Part shown: in pieces, positions 56,301 to 64,000 of the stretch
Layout of the letters: every line of letters begins with the position of its first letter
Position numbering within the stretch: the stretch's first letter is position 1
Source of the DNA: an uncultured Gemmatimonadota bacterium
GTDB taxonomy: Bacteria; GCA-2686955
NCBI GenBank assembly: GCA_964490075.1
Contig: CAZBBK010000001.1
Span: 124,001-188,000, forward strand
Direction of reading: 5' to 3'
DNA: 64,000 nt
The notes under the pieces: generated by a model
Told to the model about the DNA's origin: nothing
The model's input: only the letters and a program-made list of their open reading frames with translations
The model's database searches: none
Translations under genes and position numbers: made by a program

Positions 56301-57734
56301 GCGATGGTCGCGCGCAGAAAGCGCTGGCGAAGCGCGCGCGGCGCGAGTGCGGCGGTGCGACCGAACGTTCTCCTGATCATCGTCGACACCTTGCGCGCCG
56401 ATCGTCTGGGCTGCTACGGACACGACCGTCCCACCACTCCGAACATCGACGCACTGGCCGCCAGCGGCGTGATCTTCGAGTCGGCCTGGGCGCAGTCGTG
56501 CTGGACCCTGCCCTCTTTCGCGTCGCTGTTGAGCGGTCAGTACCCGACCACGTTGGGGCTGATGCGCGAGGAGGGGCGCGTCTCCGACTTCCCCTACGTC
56601 GATCCGGTCATGGACGCCCAGGTGACGACACTCGCCGAGGCGCTCAGCGCCGACGGCTATGCCACCGCCGCCTTCTTCACCGGTCGATTCAACGATTCCC
56701 TCTACGGCATCGACCAGGGTTTCGAACTCTACCGCAACTACAAACGCAACATCGACAAGAACCGCCTGCCGATGCGCTCCTTCCCCGACTTTCTGCCCGA
56801 GGCCTTCGAGTTCATGGAGGCGAGCGATCCGCGCCCCTTCTTCGTCGCGATGAATCCGAGCGAGCCGCACCGTCCCTACCTGGCGCCCGAGATCTACATG
56901 CAGCCCTTCACCGAAGGCTACCAGGGGGCCTTCGAGGGGCTGTGGATCGCCAAGCCGATCCTGTTCGGCATCGACCGCGACGAGGGCGGCTGGGGTCTAT
57001 CGCTCGCCGACGGGCCCAAGGGCGGGCGCTGGCCGCCCGATCTGGAACGCCCCTTCGGCGGCCGCCAGCAGGTGACCCTGGAGCAGTCGGACATCGACTA
57101 CCTCGGCGACCGCTACGATGCCTGCCTGAGCTACGCCGACCGCTTCATCGGCGAGATCGTCGATCGGATCCAGAAGGAGATGCTCTACGAGACGATCATC
57201 ATCCTGACCTCGGACCACGGCGAGGGGCTCGGCGACCACGGCGTGTTCCTGCACGCCACCCGGCCGCCCAGGCTCTACGAAGAGATCACCCACGTGCCGC
57301 TGATCATCAAGCCGGCCAAGACCTGGCTGCTCCCCGAGCGGCGCACCATCGACACCCCCGTCGAGCTGGTCGACCTGGCGCCGACGGTGCTCGAGCTGGT
57401 GGGATGCCCGCCCCTCCCCGGGGTCCAGGGGCGCAGTCTGGTCGGGGCGATGCGGGGCGACCAGGCCCTCGATCCCGAGCGGCCGGTGTTCGCCGAAACC
57501 CGCGGCTACGGATCGACGGTGCGCAGCGTGCGCCAGGGAGACTGGAAGCTGATCCTGACGCTCGCCGAGGGGGCGACCGAGCCCGGGGTGGAGCTCTTCG
57601 ATCTGGCCTCCGATCCGGGCGAGACCCGCAATCTGGCGACCGCCGAGCCGCGACGCGTCGCGCGGCTGACCCGACTGGTGCGGGAGTGGGCGGGCGAGAA
57701 CGCCTGGCTCCAGGCCCTGGGCGGCGCGCCATGA
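53346..57734 (+). CDS. Fusion lipoprotein: NMT1-like binding domain + degenerate phosphodiesterase-like segment + two sulfatase-like domains
   Basis: ELGYFHGGR..DWVDAGLSHALLV; IVVQWEGA..ELPNLRRL..RG; PNIIVIALDAFRADH..YTVPS; PNVLLIIVDTLRADR..WTLPS; GTGA overlap start. Confidence 0.85.
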   Translation: MSRRRRATVAIGPSVALALALLLGGGCDKEADPPCEPGPPIELGYFHGGRAQLLYRAHLAGDFASHCLDLRLVAGRDAAGDLYRVPAEHQTFQAALDSKSVARWSSASIVQAIADGELDGGAVGEAELIAAVSRGLPITAVATLGINRAETPGFALLLRTGTELERAADLSALRIGVHSSAPFDLVLARELVRKLTTRGRAPTLIEMESPRRITEALRSGELNGAFCHYRAAKELVEASVATLHRRLDWVDAGLSHALLVFHNTFLDRRARDLERLLAAYQERIHQEAELPPEERRRMRGEGPTIADDSAELGLGIPVWEPHPRVDAARLEQVQELMVANGLLADRSDLYPHIDNRFLDRAHEPRRLIVVQWEGAEAAAVGEMLSDWELPNLRRLGERGATCELPSPTAMSPGARWRKALSRVGREPLELRAGEGSPGNRALTARLVDHLASAETQARTIVLRYHATGRAAIAACDAELRTLDKTLEVLGLSGETLVYLLAGGEEAGAGKGFLATDDSAVPPGAAGAEELEATLLRRAGLVVPGPTLLPQIADTRGHAAGDDPNIIVIALDAFRADHLGCLGYGRDTTPQLDALAQRGFLFTQAISAAGYTVPSTVSLLTGRHPPSHGVPFATLKLPPSALTLAEVLRDHGYATTAITGSVHNSSMVGYAQGFDRYLSEMEYGHLREVLTRARRRLNQHPGGPFFLYLHAYDAHAPYEVPEPFASKFGGDYQGVLADLTLGHPVGGELRGSTLISESGARRELSARDRRFWIDRYDAALAHADHQIGAFLRYLESTSLADNTILVVLGNHGESLFDHGAVLQRRHGDIWEEGIHVPLIVRIPEQLLAGRGIKDSSVRAIDTQAQLVDLMPTLLELLEIPIPEACQGRSLVPLMRGDAPADFNEYVYSIGSAGGNKFPWRSCVRTEEWKLLRFHQDEAPNPRSRLYRLSDDPGERRDLAADHPQIVARLGEKLDAYDRLLPQASREAMVARRKRWRSARGASAAVRPNVLLIIVDTLRADRLGCYGHDRPTTPNIDALAASGVIFESAWAQSCWTLPSFASLLSGQYPTTLGLMREEGRVSDFPYVDPVMDAQVTTLAEALSADGYATAAFFTGRFNDSLYGIDQGFELYRNYKRNIDKNRLPMRSFPDFLPEAFEFMEASDPRPFFVAMNPSEPHRPYLAPEIYMQPFTEGYQGAFEGLWIAKPILFGIDRDEGGWGLSLADGPKGGRWPPDLERPFGGRQQVTLEQSDIDYLGDRYDACLSYADRFIGEIVDRIQKEMLYETIIILTSDHGEGLGDHGVFLHATRPPRLYEEITHVPLIIKPAKTWLLPERRTIDTPVELVDLAPTVLELVGCPPLPGVQGRSLVGAMRGDQALDPERPVFAETRGYGSTVRSVRQGDWKLILTLAEGATEPGVELFDLASDPGETRNLATAEPRRVARLTRLVREWAGENAWLQALGGAP

Positions 57735-58807
57735 GCCGGCGCCTCGCGGCGATCGCCCTGCTCTGGGCCGCCCCCCTCGGCGGCTCGGGTGCCGGGAGCG
57801 AGCCGGGGCCGGTAGCCCCCGCCGCCGGCCGCGAGACGACGATCCGAAGATGGGAGGGACGCATCGCGCACTTCCTCGACGCCGGAGTCCTGCCGATCAT
57901 CGACACCCAGTCGACCTACGACGGGCGGGTGATGGAGATCGACGCGATCCGCGCCGAGATGGACCGCCTGGGGATCGCGCTCCTGGCCTTCGCGCCGAAG
58001 TTCCGGGGAGCGGGCAGCGGCAGCGCCGAATCGCTGGCGCTTTGGGAAGCGCACCCTTCCTACTTCGTCCCCACCACCGCCGAGGGAAGCAACGAGGCCT
58101 GGTACGCGCAAAGCGGTCCCTTCATGGAGCACCTGGAGCAGGCGGCGCGCGGCGGCGCCTACTTCCTGATGGGGGAGTTCGAGCTGCGCCACTACACGCC
58201 ACCCCAGAAGTTCAAGCTGGGGCAGGCGCCACATCACGACGTCTACGTGCCGCCCGACTCGCCCTGGGGACGCAGGCTCTTCGCCCTTTCGGCCTCGACC
58301 GGCCTGGCCTTCCAGATCCACCACGAGCCGGAGGACAGCCTGCTGGCGCCGCTCGAGAAGATGCTGCGCGAGCACCCGCGGGCCAACGTGATCTGGTGCC
58401 ACCTGGGTCAGATCCGCTTCCCCGACAAGCAGAGGCGCTTCGGTCCAGCCTATGTGGGCGATCTGCTCGGAAGCTTCGACAATCTCTACTTCGACCTCGC
58501 CATGCCGGCCCCCGGCTCGCGCTACCCGAGCAGCGGCTTCATGCACAACACCGTGCAGGACGCGGCGGGCACCATCCTGCCCGCCTGGCGCGCCGTGATC
58601 GAGCGCCATCCCGGGCGCTTCGTCATGGGCACCGATATCGGCGGCGACCGCTGGCGCGGTTACGCCCAGAAGGTGGACCGGTTGCGCACCCTGCTGCCCC
58701 AGCTCACGCCCGCGACCCGCCGGCGGGTCGCGTTCGAGAACGCCTGGCTCCTGATCACCGGGCGCCCCTGGGGCGGCGACGTTGTCCGAAGAGGATACGC
58801 CCGATAG
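57731..58807 (+). CDS. Exported amidohydrolase-family (TIM barrel) protein
   Basis: Signal peptide; MGEF..RH, FQIHHE, IWCHLG, NLYFDL, RFVMGTD, ENAW.L; ATGA overlap. Confidence 0.78.
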   Translation: MSRRLAAIALLWAAPLGGSGAGSEPGPVAPAAGRETTIRRWEGRIAHFLDAGVLPIIDTQSTYDGRVMEIDAIRAEMDRLGIALLAFAPKFRGAGSGSAESLALWEAHPSYFVPTTAEGSNEAWYAQSGPFMEHLEQAARGGAYFLMGEFELRHYTPPQKFKLGQAPHHDVYVPPDSPWGRRLFALSASTGLAFQIHHEPEDSLLAPLEKMLREHPRANVIWCHLGQIRFPDKQRRFGPAYVGDLLGSFDNLYFDLAMPAPGSRYPSSGFMHNTVQDAAGTILPAWRAVIERHPGRFVMGTDIGGDRWRGYAQKVDRLRTLLPQLTPATRRRVAFENAWLLITGRPWGGDVVRRGYAR

Positions 58808-58843
58808 ACTTCGAGCGGGCCACTACCGGAGAGGGCTGCCGAC

Positions 58844-60475
58844 ATGAGACTGAAAAGGCATAGTCAGAGAACTCTGCTGTCCGGGGGGGCGGCGGTTGGG
58901 CTCTTGGCGGCGATCACCGCCGTGCTGGCCGGCTGCGGCGCGAGCAGCGACGAGGAGCCCCAGCGCCCGTACAACGTGCTGATGATCTCGATCAACAACA
59001 TCGGCGCGGAGCACATGAGCCTCTACGGCTACCCGCGTCCGACCACGCCCGGCCTCGACGCCTGGGCCGAGGAAGCGGTGGTCTTCGAGAACTTCTTCTC
59101 GCACTCCTCCTGGACCCTGCCGGTCGGCACCTCGCTCTTCACCTCGCTGCACCCCTACACCCACCGGGTGATGGATCGCTGGCACGGCAACCTGCTCGAT
59201 CCGACCATTCTCACGCTGCCGCGAATCCTGTTGGGCAACGGCTATCGCACCGCCGCGTTCACCGGTGGCGTCGACTACAAGAACATCTTCGGGCACATGG
59301 ACGGCTTCGAGGTGACCGACAACAACCCCGATTTCACCAGCTTCGACGTCACGCTGCGCCAGGCCAGCCGCTGGCTGAGCGGGGTTCGCGACGATCCTTT
59401 CTTCCTCTTCATCCACGGCTACGACACCCACTGCCCCTTCGACCCGCCCGACGAATACCGGGGACTGTTCAGCAATACCGAGGGCAAGAACATCACCGTC
59501 GACCACACGGTCTGCATGCGCGGCTACGGCAATGCCGAGGTCGGGTTCACGGCCTATATCACTCTGGGCGATCCCTTCCGCAAAAAGCGCAAGGACCCGC
59601 CGGAGTGGTTCAAGCAGAAGCTGGCCGACGGCTTCCGCGAGCACGGCGTCGACCCATCCCGGCTCGACCGGCAGAGCGCGCTGCGCGACTCGATCGTCGA
59701 CACCATCCTGAAGGTCGATCTGACCGGCGACGATATCTCCTTCCTCTCCGATCTCTACGACGAGGAGGTGCGCTACGTCGACGACCTGGTCAGTGAGTTC
59801 CTGGACGACCTGGACGACGATCTGCTGGAGCGGACCATCATCGTCATCCTCTCCGAACACGGAGAGATGTTCGCCAAGCACGGTCGCTTCGGGCGTGCCG
59901 GAACGACCCGCGGCACCCACTACGACGATGTGTTGCACGTGCCGCTGATGATGAAATGGCCCGGCTCCCCGGCCAAGAGGGTGAAGGGACTGTCGCAGTT
60001 CGTCGATGTGATGCCCACTGTCCTCGATCTGCTCGACATCGCCGTCTGGCAGGACCACCAGGGCAAGAGCCTGCTGCCCCTGGTCGAAGAGGACCGGCCT
60101 CTCAACGACTACGTGTTCGCAGGCGCTCTCTACAATGTCGGCGTCTCCAAGACCAATCGTTTCTTCCCCGAACGCAGCATCAACGAGTCGCTGCGCAACC
60201 ACCAGTGGAAGCTGATCCGCGAGGGACGGATCGAGCATCAGCCGGGCGAAGAGGTCTACACTCTGGAGGACGAGATCTTCGAGCTCTACGATCTCGCCAA
60301 CGACCCCGACGAGCTGCACAACGTGGCCGCCGACCATCCCGATCTCCTGGCCCGGCTCAAGGTGGAGCTGGAGCGCGAGGCGGAGCGGGCCAAGAGCATG
60401 GCCGGAGCGGAGTCGGGAACCCTGCCGGTGCCGGACGACCTGATCGAAGAGGCGATGAAGCGGGGTTATTGGTAG
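58844..60475 (+). CDS. Sulfatase-like lipoprotein
   Basis: Lipobox LAGC; NVLMISINNIGAEH..YGY, WTLPV.TSLFTS, YDTHCPF, SEHGE, ELYDL.NDP.E. Confidence 0.85.
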   Translation: MRLKRHSQRTLLSGGAAVGLLAAITAVLAGCGASSDEEPQRPYNVLMISINNIGAEHMSLYGYPRPTTPGLDAWAEEAVVFENFFSHSSWTLPVGTSLFTSLHPYTHRVMDRWHGNLLDPTILTLPRILLGNGYRTAAFTGGVDYKNIFGHMDGFEVTDNNPDFTSFDVTLRQASRWLSGVRDDPFFLFIHGYDTHCPFDPPDEYRGLFSNTEGKNITVDHTVCMRGYGNAEVGFTAYITLGDPFRKKRKDPPEWFKQKLADGFREHGVDPSRLDRQSALRDSIVDTILKVDLTGDDISFLSDLYDEEVRYVDDLVSEFLDDLDDDLLERTIIVILSEHGEMFAKHGRFGRAGTTRGTHYDDVLHVPLMMKWPGSPAKRVKGLSQFVDVMPTVLDLLDIAVWQDHQGKSLLPLVEEDRPLNDYVFAGALYNVGVSKTNRFFPERSINESLRNHQWKLIREGRIEHQPGEEVYTLEDEIFELYDLANDPDELHNVAADHPDLLARLKVELEREAERAKSMAGAESGTLPVPDDLIEEAMKRGYW

Positions 60476-60482
60476 CGACGAA

Positions 60483-60707
60483 TCACGAGGTCCTGCGAGC
60501 GCTGGCGCGGTCGAGGCGGTAGTCGCGCGCCGGCTGCCAGTAACTGTGCTCCGAGGCCGGAGCGTCGCGCAGCAGAGAGCGACGGAAGAGCCTCAGAAAG
60601 AGATGCGTCAGGCCGAATCCCAGCAGGTAGATCAGCACCAGCACTGTCGCCAGCAGCACCTTTCTGGCAACGCGCGTGCAATCGCCGAGGATCTTCTTCG
60701 GCTCCAT
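60483..60707 (-). CDS. SxtJ-like small membrane protein
   Basis: TM segment, then RLF.R..L.....SYW; directly downstream of the carbamoyltransferase. Confidence 0.6.
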   Translation of the reverse strand: MEPKKILGDCTRVARKVLLATVLVLIYLLGFGLTHLFLRLFRRSLLRDAPASEHSYWQPARDYRLDRASARRTS

Positions 60708-60708
60708 C

Positions 60709-62391
60709 TCAGCTCCGCTCGACCAGGCAGCGCTCCAGCACCAGGCAGTCCATCTCACTGCGCCGGAAGCAGTCGATGGCGTCGCGTGGGGTGCATACGA
60801 TCGGCTCGCCGCGCAGATTGAACGATGTATTGACCACCATGGGGACCCCGGAGCGTTTGTCGAACTCCTCGATCAGGCCCCAGAGCTCGGGGTTGGTGTC
60901 GCGCCCCACGGTCTGCACCCGCGCCGTGCCGTCGGCATGGGTGACGGCCGGCAGCAGCGCCCGTTTCTCCTCGCGTACCCGCGCGGCCAGCAGCATGAAG
61001 GGCGAGTCGTCGAGCAGCTCGAAGAACTCCGCGGCACGGCTGCGCAGCACCGCCGGGGCGTAGGGACGAAATCCCTCGCGTCTCTTCACCCGCTCGTTGA
61101 GCCTCTGCTTGGCGTGCGGATCGCAAGGGTTGGCCAGGATCGAGCGGCGCCCCAGCGCGCGCGGCCCGAACTCCATGCGCCCCCGCACCCAGCCGACGAT
61201 CTGATTGGCCGCCAGCCGCTCCGCCACCTGTTGGATGAGCTCCTCCTCCTCCAACTCGCGGAAGCGCAGCCCGGCGAACTGCAAGGCCTGGCGCGCCTCC
61301 TGGTGCGAGAATTCAGGCCCCAGGGCCACGTCGTCGAGCACGAACTCGCGCTCGTTGTCGAGCATCGAGCAGTGTACCAGCGCCGCCGCGCCGAGCGCTC
61401 CGCCGGCATCGCCCGCGGCGGGCTGCACGAAGATCTTCTGAAAAGGCGTACGCTCCAGTATTTTGTGATTCAGCACGCAGTTCAGAAATACCCCGCCGGC
61501 CAGGCAGAGTCGGTCGATGCCGGTCCGCGCGTGCACATGGCGGGCGAGGGCGACCACCGCATCCTCGGTGAGCTGCTGCAGCGACGCGGCGATGTCGCGG
61601 TGACGCTGCTCGATCTCCGACTCCGGCTCGCGCGCCGGGCCCAGGGCCCGCAGCAGGCGCCCGCTGAACATCCTCGCGCCGCTGTTGAAATCGAAATATC
61701 TCCGATCGAGGCGAAAGCTGCCGTCGTCCTTGAAGTCGACCATTGCCCGCAGCGCATCCAGATAGCGCGGCTCGCCATAGGCCGCCAGTCCCATCACCTT
61801 GCCTTCGCCGCTCAGAGCCTCGAATCCCAGGTAGGTGGTCAGCGCGGTGTAGAAGAGACCCAGAGAGTGCGGATAGTGCAGCTCCTCGAGCATCTCGATC
61901 TGGTTGCCACGACCGATGCCGAAGGCCGTGGTCGCCCACTCGCCGACTCCGTCGGCGGTGATGATGGCGGCCTCGTCGAAAGGCGAGACCAGAAAGGCGC
62001 TGCCTGCGTGGGCCAGGTGATGCTTGACGAAGACGATCTCGCCGCGATAGCCGATGCGGCTCTCCAGCAGCATCGGCAGCGCCAGACGATCCTGGAGCCA
62101 GCTCGGCATGGTGCGCAGGAAGCGTCCCATGGAGAAAGGAAAGGAGCGGATGTGGTCGACCACGACCCGCGCGAACTTGAGATATGGTTTCTCGTAGAAG
62201 CCGACGAAATCGAGATCGGCGAAGGAGGTACCGGCCGCCTGGATGCAGTAGTTGATCGCCGACTCCGGGAAATCCGCGGAGTGCTTGACGCGATTGAAGC
62301 GCTCCTCCTGGGCCGCGGCCAGCAGCTTGCCATCTCTGAAGACGCATGCAGCCGCGTCGTGGTAGTGGCAAGAGAGCCCGAGGATGTTCAC
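60709..62391 (-). CDS. O-carbamoyltransferase, NodU/CmcH/TobZ family
   Basis: ILGLS..YHDAAA, QEERF.R.KH, HHLAHA.SAF, DGVGE, GEGKVMGLAAYG, GRMEFGPRALG.RSIL, NTSFN..GEPIV. Confidence 0.95.
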   Translation of the reverse strand: MNILGLSCHYHDAAACVFRDGKLLAAAQEERFNRVKHSADFPESAINYCIQAAGTSFADLDFVGFYEKPYLKFARVVVDHIRSFPFSMGRFLRTMPSWLQDRLALPMLLESRIGYRGEIVFVKHHLAHAGSAFLVSPFDEAAIITADGVGEWATTAFGIGRGNQIEMLEELHYPHSLGLFYTALTTYLGFEALSGEGKVMGLAAYGEPRYLDALRAMVDFKDDGSFRLDRRYFDFNSGARMFSGRLLRALGPAREPESEIEQRHRDIAASLQQLTEDAVVALARHVHARTGIDRLCLAGGVFLNCVLNHKILERTPFQKIFVQPAAGDAGGALGAAALVHCSMLDNEREFVLDDVALGPEFSHQEARQALQFAGLRFRELEEEELIQQVAERLAANQIVGWVRGRMEFGPRALGRRSILANPCDPHAKQRLNERVKRREGFRPYAPAVLRSRAAEFFELLDDSPFMLLAARVREEKRALLPAVTHADGTARVQTVGRDTNPELWGLIEEFDKRSGVPMVVNTSFNLRGEPIVCTPRDAIDCFRRSEMDCLVLERCLVERS

Positions 62392-63980
62392 GAGGGGGGC
62401 TCGGAAGCGGGCGCGAGCGTCTCGGCGGGCCCCGCGTCGAGCGTCTGCTCCCATTCGAGCAGCCGTCGCTGCAGCTCCTCGGCGAGGCGTGGATGCTCCT
62501 CGACCACGTTGCGCAGCTCATTCGGATCGTCTCGGAGGTCGTAGAGCTCCCATTCCTCCCGCTGCAACGGCTCTCCGCAGAGATAGGACCACCAGCTGAC
62601 CTGCTCCTCTACGGCACGCGCCCGGCGATGCAGCAGCTTCCAGCGCGCGGTGCGCATTCCGGTGTCGCCTACCCCCGGCCGATCGAGAAGCTCGTCGATG
62701 CCGTCGGTGTAGTCACGGGGCATCTGGCTGCGGTGGCGGAAGATATCTTCCCAGAGCGGCGTGCGCTCGAAAAATGCCGCCCGATCGGGATCGCCCCGGC
62801 CGCCTCGCAGCGCGCCTGCGAAGCTGCGCCCGTCCACACCGGGCAAGGCCTCGAGGTCCAGGATCTCGAGCAGTGTCGGGGCCAGGTCGACCCCTTCGAC
62901 CTGCTCCGCGATGCGGCGCCCCGGCGCGCGCTGGCGCGGGTTGAGGATCAGCAGCGCGTTGCGCACCTCGGTATCGTAGATATCGTAGTGGCCGAAGTAG
63001 CCGTGCTCGCCCAGGTCCTCGCCGTGCACCCCGTGCAACACGATGAGCGTGCGCTGCAGGAGATCCTCGGGAATCGACTGCATCAGGTCGCCGATGAACT
63101 GATCCACGACCCAGAGGCCAAAATCGTAGCGGGCACGGATGAAATCCAGATCGGCGGCATCGAGCTCGCGCATCTGACCGGAGCCGAGCGCGTACATCTT
63201 GCCCTGGTAGATCCGCGACAAGACCTTGAAGCCGAGGTTCGGGAAACGGCGTAGGGGGCCCTGGTAGTCGGAAGCGACGAATTTGTCCTTGAGCAGCGGG
63301 TCACCGCTGGCGCCGTAGGGCCAGTGGAGGGTGCCGAGAATCAGCCACAGAAAGAAGGGCTCGTCGGCCTGCTCGTGGAGCCAGGCGATGGCGTCGCTGG
63401 GCACGTTGCGATTGCCGGTGAAGACGAAACGGTCGAATCCCCGACCGAAGCTCAGCCCGGGGTTGAGGCCGTCGCGGCGAAAGTGGGCGCGCCGCGACTG
63501 GAAGCTTGACATATCGGTCATGACCTCGAACGAGGAGCCCATCGCCACGGTCTGGTAGCCGGCGCCCTTCAGCGCCGCCGGGAAATAGGGGATTTCGGGA
63601 TCGAGCTGCGAAGCGAAGGAGACGAAGCCGTTGCGGGAGGGATAGCGCCCGGTGAAGAGCGACATCTGGCTGATGGGCGTCATGTAGGACTGAACGATGA
63701 AGTTCTCGAAGAGTGTTCCTTGCTTGGTCAGCTCGCAGATATTGGGGGCGGTCTGGCGATCGTAGCCGAAGCAGGGCAGATGATCGGGGCGGAAAATGTC
63801 GAGCGAGATCAGGATCAGGTTGCAGTCGCGACAGATCGGATCGTCGGCGGCGTCGGCGGCGAGGACGCGCGCGGGCTGCTCCTCACCCGGCGAGTAGAGC
63901 ACGAGGGCGATGCCCCCCAGCACCGCCACATTGAGCAGCAGCAAGAAGGCCGCGATCGCGCGCCGCCCTTTCGGCGTCAC
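62388..63980 (-). CDS. Membrane-anchored sulfatase-like hydrolase/transferase
   Basis: N-terminal TM; CRDCNLILISLD..RPDH..FGY, MTPISQMSLFTG, HWPY, GVHGE, ELYDL.DDP.E. Confidence 0.85.
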   Translation of the reverse strand: MTPKGRRAIAAFLLLLNVAVLGGIALVLYSPGEEQPARVLAADAADDPICRDCNLILISLDIFRPDHLPCFGYDRQTAPNICELTKQGTLFENFIVQSYMTPISQMSLFTGRYPSRNGFVSFASQLDPEIPYFPAALKGAGYQTVAMGSSFEVMTDMSSFQSRRAHFRRDGLNPGLSFGRGFDRFVFTGNRNVPSDAIAWLHEQADEPFFLWLILGTLHWPYGASGDPLLKDKFVASDYQGPLRRFPNLGFKVLSRIYQGKMYALGSGQMRELDAADLDFIRARYDFGLWVVDQFIGDLMQSIPEDLLQRTLIVLHGVHGEDLGEHGYFGHYDIYDTEVRNALLILNPRQRAPGRRIAEQVEGVDLAPTLLEILDLEALPGVDGRSFAGALRGGRGDPDRAAFFERTPLWEDIFRHRSQMPRDYTDGIDELLDRPGVGDTGMRTARWKLLHRRARAVEEQVSWWSYLCGEPLQREEWELYDLRDDPNELRNVVEEHPRLAEELQRRLLEWEQTLDAGPAETLAPASEPPS

Positions 63981-64000
63981 GATCCCGCCACCCGCGCACC

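Overview
High-GC bacterial chromosomal segment. The gene content (C25 peptidase, DUF3098, the prs-rplY-pth-hppA-rpsF-rpsR-DUF2232-rplI run) suggests an FCB-type or related diderm; this is inference only. Left to right: (1) secreted proteins, a C25 gingipain-like protein and a 1799-aa five-module beta-helix protein; (2) tRNA-Val and a housekeeping/ribosomal superoperon whose leader holds a tRNA-like relic; (3) a penicillin acylase, an ISNCY transposase remnant and an Asp-box protein; (4) a Fur-box-led three-gene locus with two candidate UGA-recoded small selenoproteins, one missed by the ORF track; (5) a peroxisome-like MFE-2/SCPx beta-oxidation operon with TetR; (6) a Cus-type efflux operon whose CusA carries an inserted EF-hand pair; (7) an uncharacterised six-gene operon (PqqD, ATP-grasp, PLP decarboxylase, urea-transporter/M23 fusion, putative beta-barrel, TPR); (8) a ~20-kb island of Thr-motif sulfatase-like proteins, a circularly permuted PafA-type phosphatase, orphan substrate-binding proteins and a carbamoyltransferase. 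All calls come from motif recognition by eye; no database searches were run.
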